From: Planctomycetota bacterium
GTDB lineage: Bacteria > Planctomycetota > UBA8108 > SXIK01
NCBI GenBank assembly: GCA_965223265.1
Contig: OZ244999.1
Span: 3,104,001 to 3,168,000, forward strand
Reading direction: 5' to 3'
Length of the DNA stretch: 64,000 nt
Position 1 is the first letter of the stretch. Every line of letters begins with the position of its first letter. Below the pieces are notes generated by a model. The model was not told the DNA's origin, ran no database searches, and was given only the letters and a program-made list of their open reading frames with translations. Below are positions 50,718 through 59,933 of this stretch, piece by piece. The translations under genes were made by a program, and so were the position numbers.

Positions 50718-50904
50718 AGGCCTTGGCCGCCCGTCGAAGCGGAGCGGAGGGACTGTCAAGAGCGCGAGGCGCCGAGCGAGCGACGCACTCTTGACAGTCG
50801 CAGTGCGGCTCCGCTCGACGCAGGGGCGCCGAGGCCTGCCTCGCTCCTCCGCTACGACCCGAGCGGGATCGCGCCCGAGTCGCTCCTTGGCCTCGGCGCT
50901 CCTG
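50718..50904. repeat. Long intergenic inverted-repeat element
   Basis: Nested arms AGGCCTTGGC/GCCGAGGCCT, GTCGAAGCGGAGC/GCTCCGCTCGAC and GACTGTCAAGAG/CTCTTGACAGTC; third arm at 50889-50904. Confidence 0.65.
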
Positions 50905-50942
50905 GCGCTGGCAGGCTCGACGCGAAATGGCCAAACTCGAGG

Positions 50943-51082
50943 CTAGCAGCCCCGGCCTCTTCACGCCCAGCTCAGCCGCGGCGAGCCTCGATCATCCCGA
51001 AGATTACCTACGTTCGCCGCGGCCGATCTGGACGCGAAACGACCAGTTTTCAGCTCGAAGCACTTTTTCAACGGGCTGCTAG
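50943..51082. mobile_element. MITE-like palindromic element, copy B (one arm internally deleted)
   Basis: CTAG-CAGCCC ... ACTTTTTCAACGGGCTG-CTAG; the right CTAG supplies the DUF1501 stop codon. Confidence 0.78.
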
Positions 51083-52560
51083 GCAAGGATTTTGTTGACC
51101 ACGTTACCGCCTACATCCGTGAGGCGAAAGTCGCGGCCTTGGAAGCGATACGTCAAGCGTCGGTGGTCGAAACCAAAGAGGTGCAGCAGCGTTGCGTGGA
51201 AGTCATTTACGTGGATTGGATCGTCGACGACGTTCCAGCCGATCGGGTCCGTGCGGCCGATCACTTGGCCGCCTTTGACGCCGCCACCAGCCATCCACAT
51301 CGAGTAGGCGAACGGGTGGTGGTCACGTCCCGTGTTGTACTTCCGTGAGCCTCGGTTCTCCCCAAGGGGCGTGCGGCCGAACTCCGAACCCCACACGACC
51401 AGAGTGTCATCCAAGAGTCCGCGTGTCTTGAGGTCGCGCAGAAGGGCGGCGATCGGTTGGTCCGCCATCGTCGCGTTGTAGCGCAGCTCAGGGTCCAGAT
51501 TGCTGTGATGATCCCACGACGCATGATAGACGTTGACGAAACGGACACCGCGCTCGACGAGACGTCTCGCCAGCAGGCAGTTGGTGGCGAACGAGCTGAA
51601 CACCCCCTGGCCGCTGCCGCGACCGCGGAGTTTCGGCTCCGGTCGACCGACGCCGTAATCCTCCAGCGTCCTTTGGCTCTCGTTCGACACGTCTATGAGC
51701 TCTGGTGCCGACGACTGCATGCGGAAAGCCAGTTCGTACGAGGCGATGCGGCTCGAGATTTCTGGATCCTGGACGGTCGAGAATCGCTGCCCGTTGAGTG
51801 CCCTAAGTGTGTCGAGACTCCGCCGCTGCACGTCGCGATCAACGCCCTTGGGATTGCCGAGGTTGAGAACCGGATCGCCTTGATTCCGAAACAGTACACC
51901 TGCGTAGGTCGAGGGCATAAAGCCGCTCGTCCAATTGGATGCGCCGCCACTAGTACCGCGACCGGCAGTGAGGACGACGTATCCCGGGAGATTCTCAGAC
52001 TCAGAGCCTAGCCCGTAATTGAGCCACGAGCCGATGCTCGGAAGGCCGAAGCGCGGCACCCCGGTGTTCATCATCAACTGCCCGGGATGATGATTGAACG
52101 CGTCGGTGTGCATGGAGCGGATCAAACAGATGTCGTCGGCGCACGAACCGAGATGGGGCAGCAGATCGGAAAGCTCCATGCCACAGCGACCGTGACGCTG
52201 GAATGTCCGCTTCGTCCCCAAGAGGGTCGCAGTCTCTTTCTGGATGAACGCGAAGCGCACATCTTTCGTCATCGACTCCGGTAGCTGTTTTCCGTGCAGT
52301 CGGTTCAGCTCGGGCTTTGGATCGAAGAGATCTAACTGGCTTGGCGCGCCCGCCATGAAAATGAAGATGCAATTCTTCGCGGTGCCAGCGAAATGGCCGG
52401 CTCGCGGTGCCAGGGGGTCTGTTCGTCCGGCGGGGTCGTTTGCTGCAAGGAGCCCGTCACGCGCTAGGAGTGAGGCCATCGCGACGGTGCCGATGCCGCT
52501 AGCCGACGTGGCGAGAAAACTTCTTCGAGTTGTGTCTACGACGCGTTCGCACGATTCCAT
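51079..52560 (-). CDS. DUF1501-domain protein (Tat signal)
   Basis: TRRSFL, FMAGAPSQLDLFDPKP, LLARRLVERGVRFV, WDHH, EFGRTP, GRDHHP. Confidence 0.95.
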   Translation of the reverse strand: MESCERVVDTTRRSFLATSASGIGTVAMASLLARDGLLAANDPAGRTDPLAPRAGHFAGTAKNCIFIFMAGAPSQLDLFDPKPELNRLHGKQLPESMTKDVRFAFIQKETATLLGTKRTFQRHGRCGMELSDLLPHLGSCADDICLIRSMHTDAFNHHPGQLMMNTGVPRFGLPSIGSWLNYGLGSESENLPGYVVLTAGRGTSGGASNWTSGFMPSTYAGVLFRNQGDPVLNLGNPKGVDRDVQRRSLDTLRALNGQRFSTVQDPEISSRIASYELAFRMQSSAPELIDVSNESQRTLEDYGVGRPEPKLRGRGSGQGVFSSFATNCLLARRLVERGVRFVNVYHASWDHHSNLDPELRYNATMADQPIAALLRDLKTRGLLDDTLVVWGSEFGRTPLGENRGSRKYNTGRDHHPFAYSMWMAGGGVKGGQVIGRTDPIGWNVVDDPIHVNDFHATLLHLFGFDHRRLTYRFQGRDFRLTDVGGNVVNKILA

Positions 52561-52618
52561 TCAGTGCTCCCTGCGACACAGGTTTTCTAACAAACTGCCG
52601 GCCGTCATCGAATCACAC

Positions 52619-54892
52619 TCACTCGCCCGAGTCCAGGTGGAATTGCGGCGCTCCGGCGAAGCCGGGCGTCTCGCCTTCGACGACATCTAAGATCTGGTCG
52701 GCGGGAAGGTCACGTAGGAGTTGAGTGTGTCCCGACGGCCAGTGGATCTCCACTTCGTCCACTTGCGCGGCCGTGCCCAACCCATAGTGCAAAGTTCGGC
52801 TTTGACACGAAAGATAGGCGCCGCCGCAGAGTACACTGCGCCACTGATTTGTCCCGGCTGCTTGAACTCGAACTCGCGCGCCGATGGCGTCGCCATGACT
52901 GCGAGTGCCCCGCAGCCGAAGCTGAAGCCAGTGACCTGTGGCGCCACGGCTGATGAGAATCGACGCAGGTTGTGCGTAGTTTTGGATCACGAAATCGAGG
53001 TCGCCGTCGTTGTCGAGGTCGGCGATAGCCAAACCGCGTGCGTCCTCGATGCGGTCAGCAGCGTTGACCCCAGCGACGTCAACGAGTTGGCCACCGTCGT
53101 TACGAAAGAGAGCATTGTTTTCGTAACCGTTGAAGGATTTGTCGCCGACGTGAATGAACGAGCTGACATCGCCGTCAACTATAGAACGCCGACCGACGTT
53201 CTCCAGAAAAGTCGGTCACAAATCATGACGGTCTTTCCCCGAAATGAAGCCGTTAGTTGCGTAGAGATCGAGGTCGCCGTCGTTGTCGTAGTCTAGAAAG
53301 CCAGCGCTCCAGCTCCAGCCGGTATTGTCCGTCCCAGCCGCACTCGCCACGAACGTCCCGTCGCCTTGGTTGCGGTAGAAAACGTTGCCGGACATCATCT
53401 CGTAGACGATGTCGAGGACGTCATTCCGAAACAGCATCGAGACTGGCCAAGGTGCCGGCGCCGGGTATGCGCGCTGGCGAATCATCCAGCGTGAGTTAGA
53501 GGTCATGGCCGCGACGAAGAGGTCTGGATAGCCGTCGTTGTCGAAGTCACCCCACGAAGCGCTCATGCTAGCGCGTCGGGCGGTCAACCCAGCCTCTCGA
53601 GTCACGTCGTCGAACGTGCCGTCGCCGCGATTTCGATAAAGCACATCGAAGCCGAAATCGTTGGCGACGAAGAGATCCACGTCACCGTCGACGTCGAAGT
53701 CCGCCGCCGAGCATGCGAGGCCGAAGCCGGAGTGATCAACGGAGGCCGCAGCTGCAGTCTCGCGAAATGTTCCGTCCGCGTTGCCCATAAAGAGCGCGTT
53801 GGGTGCGGCGTTGAGCGCCTGGTGAGGCGGATCGGGCGAGCACAGAGTCAGATTACAGCCGTTGACGATGAAAATGTCGAGGAATCCGTCGGCGTCGAAG
53901 TCTGCGCTGCAGACGCTCGTTGTGTGGCGTGTTGGGGTTAAGCCGACGTCGGCGGCGACGTCGGTAAAAGTACCGGTTTCGTTTTGGAGATAAAGAATGT
54001 TGGCCCCGTCGAGGCGGCCGACGAAGATGTCTTGGCGGCCATCGTTGTCGAAGTCTGCGATGAGTGCCGATCGCGACTTGCCCGGCAGCAGTGCGTCAAC
54101 GCCGGCCGATTCCGTCGTGTCACGGAACGTGCCGTCTTGCTGATTGAGAAAGAGGCTACAGTGGTCTCCGTTGACGAAGTAAAGGTCGACCCAGCCGTCG
54201 CCGTCGACGTCGCCGACAGCTAGTCCAGACCCCGCGGGGTAACGTTGGAGGCGACCCTGTCGGTCGGCGACGCCGTCGATGGCGGAAAGATTGGAAACGC
54301 CACGTTCGACGGCTTCCTCGGAAAATCGCACCTGGTCTTGAGCCACGATCACTGGCGTCGAGGCGTGCTCGGAGACGATTTTCCATTCGCCCGTCGTGTC
54401 GCGTCTGCAGACGACCGCCAGCGAACTCTCCTGGCACACGTCCCTTCGATCCTTACCCGTCCCACAAAGGCTGAACGAAAGTGTGGCGTGGGCTTCGCCA
54501 TGCCGAATCAGAAGTTCGTCGATCGTCGCTGCCACGCGGCGGACCACTTGAAACTTCTCCAGCAAGGCGCGTTTGCTCTCCTGCCACTCCTGCGTGTCAG
54601 CGAGCTCTTTCGTGTAGAGGCTGCTAATGCCCTCGAGGTCCCGCCGGGCGTGTTCTTGGGGGTAACGACGGTGCAGTAGCTCGTTTAAGGGGTTTACGTA
54701 GTCTCGTTTCGTTCTTTCCCACGAACCACACCCCGCCATGAGAAGAGCGAGGGTGGCGCCGAGCAAAAGTGTTGGCAGTCCGTGCTGCGGCTGAGGTCGA
54801 GCACACCGCGAGGGACTTGAAGCGAAGGGAAGCGAATCGATCACGAAACGAATCGGATGCGGCCTCAACAACGAAGAGCGTTCATCTCCCAT
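52619..54892 (-). CDS. CRTAC1-family FG-GAP/ASPIC-UnbV lipoprotein with one in-frame UGA (probable selenocysteine)
   Basis: ORFs 53216-54910 and 52619-53032 are in the same frame, and the 61 codons between them are open. Lipobox MAGC, NTF2-like domain, DxDxDG repeats, AIGARV..GGAYLS..LHYGLG..WPSG. Start uncertain. Confidence 0.85.
53179..53206 (-). promoter_or_regulatory. Bacterial SECIS-like stem-loop
   Basis: CUG-G-AGAACGUC-[GGUC]-GGCGUUCU-A-UAG; 21 nt separate the UGA (53216-53218) from the G-leading apical loop. Confidence 0.7.
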
Positions 54893-55149
54893 CACGAGAT
54901 GGGGGTTCAAGACGATCCGATTCTAACGCGCAATCTTCGTGAGTCCACTCATTGGAGCGCGAGACGTGAACTCTGCTGTCGACTGCGTCGGGACGCGCAT
55001 GAACTTTTTCGGATGATCTTCAGCTCGGTCTTTCGGAACATGGACGCAGTGAAGGGACATCCGGACAGTCACTGACGCCAGTGCCTCCCGTTGGGGAGCC
55101 GAGATGCCGTCGCTCGTTCCGTTGCCTTTCGAGGGGGGACACCACGCAG

Positions 55150-55641
55150 TCAATGATTCTGAGCGAGGATTTTGAGCGAGGCGTGCCAGTTGTCGGACGA
55201 ACCTGGTGATCGGAGACCCAGAGGAATTGAGCCCATGGTCGCACGAGTCGATGCGATCTGGCCAAGCGGCTCACCGCAACCTGCCGCCGGAACCGACTGT
55301 TCGGTCGCGGGCGTCGCCCACGCGTGCACCTCGGCGCCGCCGAGACGCCAACCGCGGAAGGTCGCTCCAAGTTTTTCGCCGACCGGAGTGAACCAGACGA
55401 GCGCCAGGATCGGGAGGACGAGCGCCGCCTGCGCTTTGCACCAAGGGTTGCCTAAGATGCGCGTCGGCGTCATAAGCGTCTCAGCGAAGATCTTGGCGCC
55501 AAGAAACATCAGAAGTGCATCGAGGGCAATGGTTGCGACTTCGAGCTCAGCTTGAATCTCGAACCAGAAGAGGCAGCGAAGAGCGATGATCCCAATCCAC
55601 ACAAAGGCCGGCGCGTGGAGTCTTGACTGTTTCTTTGACAA
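55150..55641 (-). CDS. Hypothetical membrane protein
   Basis: About three hydrophobic segments; TTG start after a GAGG RBS; no family recognised. Confidence 0.5.
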   Translation of the reverse strand: MSKKQSRLHAPAFVWIGIIALRCLFWFEIQAELEVATIALDALLMFLGAKIFAETLMTPTRILGNPWCKAQAALVLPILALVWFTPVGEKLGATFRGWRLGGAEVHAWATPATEQSVPAAGCGEPLGQIASTRATMGSIPLGLRSPGSSDNWHASLKILAQNH

Positions 55642-55784
55642 CTGTTCCTCTTGACCGCATCGGTCGGCTGGTTTGGCGTTGACTTCGCTGAATCAGGCGG
55701 CTGGCGAGAGTCTTTGTGCAAATTCCATACCGAGGCCGACGGTGGTCGGCCGCCTTGGTGGCTGGGGGTGATAGAAGGAAGGAA

Positions 55785-56483
55785 ATGTCAAAAGCAGAGA
55801 AAGCGATCGTCGTCACCGGGGTCAGTCGGGGCCTGGGTCACGCCATGACTGAGGCGTTCATCGAACGCGGCCACACTGTGCTAGGGTGTGCCCGTTCGTC
55901 CGACGCCGTTGCGACACTGGCGCGTAGGTGGCCGGCACCGCATCGATTCCGCCAGGTCGACGTCGCTGACGACGCTGGCGTTGCGGCGTGGGCGCAGGAG
56001 TGTTTCGACTGCGGCGTGATACCCGACCTCCTTGTCAACAACGCAGCGCTGATCAATGCTAGCCAACCGCTGTGGGAGGTCGGCGTGGAAGAGTTCTCGA
56101 GAGTTGTCGACGTCAACATCAAAGGGGTCGCTAATGTCATTCGTCACTTCCTCCCGAGTATGATCGCCCGCGGCGCGGGAGTTGTCGTCAACTTCAGCTC
56201 CGGTTGGGGACGCTCGACCTCGGCAGACGTGGCGCCATACTGTGCAACGAAGTGGGCCATCGAAGGGCTCACTCAGGCCCTGGCGCAGGAGTTGCCGCGC
56301 GGCATCGCAGCCGTGCCACTCAATCCCGGCGTGATCTGCACCGAGATGCTCGAAAGTTGTTTCGGCGAGACGGCGCGCAGCTACCCCGGTCCCGCGGAGT
56401 GGGCGACGAGCGCGGTGCCCTTCATCCTACAGCTCGGCGCGGCGGACAACGGCAAGTCCCTCACGGTGCCTGGCGCCTTTTGA
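55785..56483 (+). CDS. SDR-family oxidoreductase
   Basis: TGVSRGLG, NNAA, SSGWG, YCATK; start at MSKAEK after a GAAGGAAGG RBS. Confidence 0.92.
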   Translation: MSKAEKAIVVTGVSRGLGHAMTEAFIERGHTVLGCARSSDAVATLARRWPAPHRFRQVDVADDAGVAAWAQECFDCGVIPDLLVNNAALINASQPLWEVGVEEFSRVVDVNIKGVANVIRHFLPSMIARGAGVVVNFSSGWGRSTSADVAPYCATKWAIEGLTQALAQELPRGIAAVPLNPGVICTEMLESCFGETARSYPGPAEWATSAVPFILQLGAADNGKSLTVPGAF

Positions 56484-56517
56484 AGTGCGTTCGAGCTGCA
56501 GATCGAGCCCTGTCGAT

Positions 56518-57993
56518 CTACGGTTCCCTGCGCTTCAGCTCGAAGTCCTTCTCGCTCTCGAGATCGACTCCGAATGCGTGCCGGAAGCTTGCGGCGACAG
56601 CTGCTGTCGTCTTCTGCGGTCCGGTCAACTTGAGGAAGTAGTTCCCCATGTTCGTCTGCACGATCGCCGCGAGCATTTTGGAGCCTGGCGTGCGCCGTGT
56701 CTGACGTCGAATCGGTGGCCCGATCGGTTTGTTGTAAGTACCCGTCACGTCGGCGAGGAAGAACGAACCTTGACGGCACTTGCCGGTCGTTAGACGAGAC
56801 TGACGTCCGTTCGCCTCAAACTGACGTACCCATCGATCGAGGTTTGCTTCGACGGTACCACCGCCACCCTTAAAAAAGAAGACCACCAGTTCTGCCGATT
56901 CGTCCTCCTTGACGCCGGGAATCGCGAACTGTGCGACCCGAAAAGGCGAAGTGGGCTGTGAGTAGACCCAGGTCGTCGGGACTTCAAGGCTCAGCGCGCC
57001 CGCCTTGACCACATGAGTCGACAGATCGTCGTGGCGCGGAAGTTCGGCGCCCGGAACTTTCATGTTGAGCGCATAGACACTGGTGCGGGCCGTGACGTAG
57101 AGAGTCTTGCGTCCCTCGCCGCCGAATGCACAATTGGAGGGCTTCTCCGGAAGCTCCACCCTACCGACGATTTCACCAGTGTGACTGATCACGACAAGTT
57201 TTCGGAAGGCAGTGTACAGGTTGCCTTTGGCATCGAGCGCCATGCCGTCAGGGCCGCGCCCGTCGACCGCTGGATCCGCTTTGAAGAAAACTTGGTGTTC
57301 GCCGAGTTTTCCCGGACCGGCGATCCGGTAGCGGTGGATTTCTGAGTCGGCCATATTCGCGACAAAGAGGTGGCGTCCGTCGGGCGACGTCACGATCCCA
57401 TTGGGCTGACGCAAGCTATTGATGACGCGACTGACGACTCCGTCGCGGGACACGTAGTAGACACCCATCACCGGCTGCGTGCGCTCTTCCTGACGACCGT
57501 AGTGTGGGTCGGTGAAATAGACACCACCGCTACCGTCGAGCGTTAGATCATTGGGGCTGTTGAACGGCTTGCCGTCGTACTTGTCCGCGATCACCGTAAC
57601 GCTCATGTCCGCTGGATCGATGCGGACGACCCGGCGAGATCCCCCTTGGCAGGCGAAGAGGTTGCCGCGGTGGTCAAACAGAAGACCGTTGGCACGACCA
57701 GAGGGTCGAAGGAAATCGCGCTCGGTTCCGTCGGGCAGTAACTCGACGATACGACTCGCTGGGATGTCGCTGAACAACAGTTGGCCGCGCGAGCTGAACG
57801 CCGGACCTTCCGTGAATTCAAAGCCGCTGGCGATCCGTCTTGGCTCGGCGGACTCGATCAGGCTCTCGAGTCCAGCTGCTCGAACCGCCGTGCCATCGGC
57901 AACGAGGACTCCGAAAAGGAGGATGAGTGCACCCAGGTGTGCCGGGCTGACCACGGTCGGTGCCGTGAGTCCGAGGACGAGCTTCGCGTTCAT
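56518..57993 (-). CDS. SMP-30/gluconolactonase fused to an extra C-terminal domain
   Basis: FEFTEGP, FSDIP, NSPNDL, PNGI, PDGMALD, SNCAFGG, then LEVPTTW...NLDRWVRQF...FLKLTGP. Confidence 0.9.
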   Translation of the reverse strand: MNAKLVLGLTAPTVVSPAHLGALILLFGVLVADGTAVRAAGLESLIESAEPRRIASGFEFTEGPAFSSRGQLLFSDIPASRIVELLPDGTERDFLRPSGRANGLLFDHRGNLFACQGGSRRVVRIDPADMSVTVIADKYDGKPFNSPNDLTLDGSGGVYFTDPHYGRQEERTQPVMGVYYVSRDGVVSRVINSLRQPNGIVTSPDGRHLFVANMADSEIHRYRIAGPGKLGEHQVFFKADPAVDGRGPDGMALDAKGNLYTAFRKLVVISHTGEIVGRVELPEKPSNCAFGGEGRKTLYVTARTSVYALNMKVPGAELPRHDDLSTHVVKAGALSLEVPTTWVYSQPTSPFRVAQFAIPGVKEDESAELVVFFFKGGGGTVEANLDRWVRQFEANGRQSRLTTGKCRQGSFFLADVTGTYNKPIGPPIRRQTRRTPGSKMLAAIVQTNMGNYFLKLTGPQKTTAAVAASFRHAFGVDLESEKDFELKRREP

Positions 57994-58066
57994 GTCTCTT
58001 CTCCCCACGCAGGTGGTGATTCACTTGGAGAGCTGGTGACCGAATTCACAAGATGGAACCCGCGAG

Positions 58067-58915
58067 TCACGCTGCTTCTTCCCATTGTGACCGGATAAAC
58101 TTGATGCCCTCCTCGTACACTTCTTCCCGCGACGGGAAGAAGTCACGCCAAACGCGCGTCGCGGCAGCTAGGTCCGGCAACGCGCGACCGAACGCTTCGA
58201 TCGTAAGCCACGAGTCGTACCCGCTGCTTCGAATCGCGCGAAACGTCTCGCGCCAAGGCACGTGACCCTTCCCGGGAGTGCCGCGGTCGTTCTCCGAGAT
58301 ATGGATATGCGAGATCACATCAACATGAGCAGTGTAGGCCGCGACGGGGTCCTTCTCTTCGATGTTGGCGTGGAACGTGTCGTACATCGTCCGCACGTTC
58401 GGGTGGTCTACTCGCTGAACGTAGTCTGCGGCGTCAGCCATCGTGTTGAGGAAATAACACTCGAATCGGTTGAGGTACTCGACACAGAGAGTGATGTTGG
58501 CGCCTTTCGCGGACTCTGCAACTTGGCGGTGAACGTCGGCGGCGTAAGACTTTTCGTCGTTTGTCGGCGCGCTGCCTGAAAACTCACCGAGGGGCTGGTA
58601 AAACGGGCCGCAGACGCGAGATCCGCCGAGAATGGCAGTGTGCTCAACGACCTGACTCAGGCTTTCTACCGCTCGCTGGCGTATCGTCTGGTCTGGGCTG
58701 ATCGGATTGGCGTCTGGACCGGAGACGGTCACCGTCGTGCACTCGAGTCCCAGGTCGTCGAGGACGCGGCGAACCTTCTGAAAGTGAGCGGCGTCACCTT
58801 CGAACAGCGGAATCTCGACGCCGTCGAAGCCGCACGCTTTGATCCGTTCCAGCAACGGGAAGTGTTCCTCGGTGACGTGGGTCGTCCACAGAAGCATGTT
58901 CATGCCGATCTTCAT
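58067..58915 (-). CDS. D-psicose/D-tagatose 3-epimerase-family protein
   Basis: GFDGVEIP, EYLNRFE, DTFHANIEE, HISENDRGTPG, IEAF. Confidence 0.9.
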   Translation of the reverse strand: MKIGMNMLLWTTHVTEEHFPLLERIKACGFDGVEIPLFEGDAAHFQKVRRVLDDLGLECTTVTVSGPDANPISPDQTIRQRAVESLSQVVEHTAILGGSRVCGPFYQPLGEFSGSAPTNDEKSYAADVHRQVAESAKGANITLCVEYLNRFECYFLNTMADAADYVQRVDHPNVRTMYDTFHANIEEKDPVAAYTAHVDVISHIHISENDRGTPGKGHVPWRETFRAIRSSGYDSWLTIEAFGRALPDLAAATRVWRDFFPSREEVYEEGIKFIRSQWEEAA

Positions 58916-59026
58916 TGCCTGGATCGCCTTTCATGTCGACAAGGACTTCGGAAGAAAGCGCAAGCTTGTTTCGGGCCGGCGCGCCAGCTGGTCTCGGTCG
59001 TGCATAGCGGTCTGCTTGACGCGCGC

Positions 59027-59196
59027 GTAACAGCCTGCCTGAAAAAGTGCTTCGAGCCGAAAACTGGCCTCTTCACGCCCAGCTCGACCGCGTCAATAAT
59101 CGAAAATCCCGAAGATTGCCTGCGTTTGCCGCGGCCGATCTGGACGCGAAGAGACCAGTTTCTTCGACCGAATGACTTTTTCAGGCGGGCTGGTAA
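59027..59196. mobile_element. MITE-like palindromic element, copy C (best preserved)
   Basis: GTAA-CAGCCTGCCTGAAAAAGT ... ACTTTTTCAGGCGGGCTG-GTAA: 18-bp terminal IR with one mismatch and a 4-bp direct repeat. Confidence 0.85.
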
Positions 59197-59314
59197 GGTA
59201 CCAACACAGAATACCCTTGAACCGGAAAGTTTGGTGTAATTCAAGAGTTTCCCGTGGGGCACCGCGCCGTGCGATCATCGAGGGTCGTTCCTTCCGCGAG
59301 TAAGGAGTCAAAGC

Positions 59315-59665
59315 ATGCCTGAGACGAGTGAGAGAATCCCGCGGACCGTGTCGCGGAACCTGCGGTTCGCCAACGGCGAGGCGATCGGAATCAGCAACCG
59401 ATGGCGTCGGGGGCAGTACTGTACGATTTTGACGCCCGCCGGAATGGTCGGTTGCGGCATCTACGACGTCGCCACCGCGGCTGCGTTCGGTCAGGCAGTC
59501 GCGATCGCTCGCGGCACACCTGAGCGGCCGCTGGTCGAACCCGAAGATCTGCTCAACGCGAAGATCGTCGACGCCACGGCGCAGGCCAAGGCGCACGGAA
59601 TCAAGATCGGGATGCTGGGCAGGGACGCTGTCGAACTCCTTCTCGGCGTCACCGATGGTGATTGA
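59315..59665 (+). CDS. YunC (DUF1805) family protein
   Basis: GMVGCGIYDV, AIARG, DLLNAKI..AT..A...GI..GM.G. Confidence 0.85.
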   Translation: MPETSERIPRTVSRNLRFANGEAIGISNRWRRGQYCTILTPAGMVGCGIYDVATAAAFGQAVAIARGTPERPLVEPEDLLNAKIVDATAQAKAHGIKIGMLGRDAVELLLGVTDGD

Positions 59666-59933
59666 GAGTTGCGTCGGGGCGAGTGTGAGGGTTTGTGCAG
59701 TGTAGGTGAACGTCGGCGTTCAGACTGTAAGCGACTGTCTCAATTGGGGTTGCGCTTGCAACGCGAATTGGTCAGTCGGCGCTGCGGAGAGGCTTTGCGC
59801 AAGTCTGCTAAACCTACCCGGGAGTGCTTGAGTTTGTCCGACTCATCGTTTTCAATAAGGTAGATCGAACGTTGGGAAATCAACTGGCCAATGTCATTTC
59901 GATTGGTCGCCTGTAAGGGTTGGGGTCCAATCT

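Noticed and set aside
52619-53032. Stand-alone ASPIC/UnbV gene
   Set aside because: It starts mid-repeat at a TTG, and the frame and family motifs continue upstream to the UGA.
53216-53218. Genome-wide UGA reassignment (code 4/25) as the cause of the in-frame TGA
   Set aside because: TGA ends many complete genes here, including ATGA-coupled junctions at 681-684 and 24238-24241, so any read-through must be site-specific.
55150-55152. Second selenocysteine read-through at this gene's TGA
   Set aside because: The continuation (LRGVPPRKATER...) is non-descript, hits another TGA within 30 codons, and I saw no convincing SECIS.
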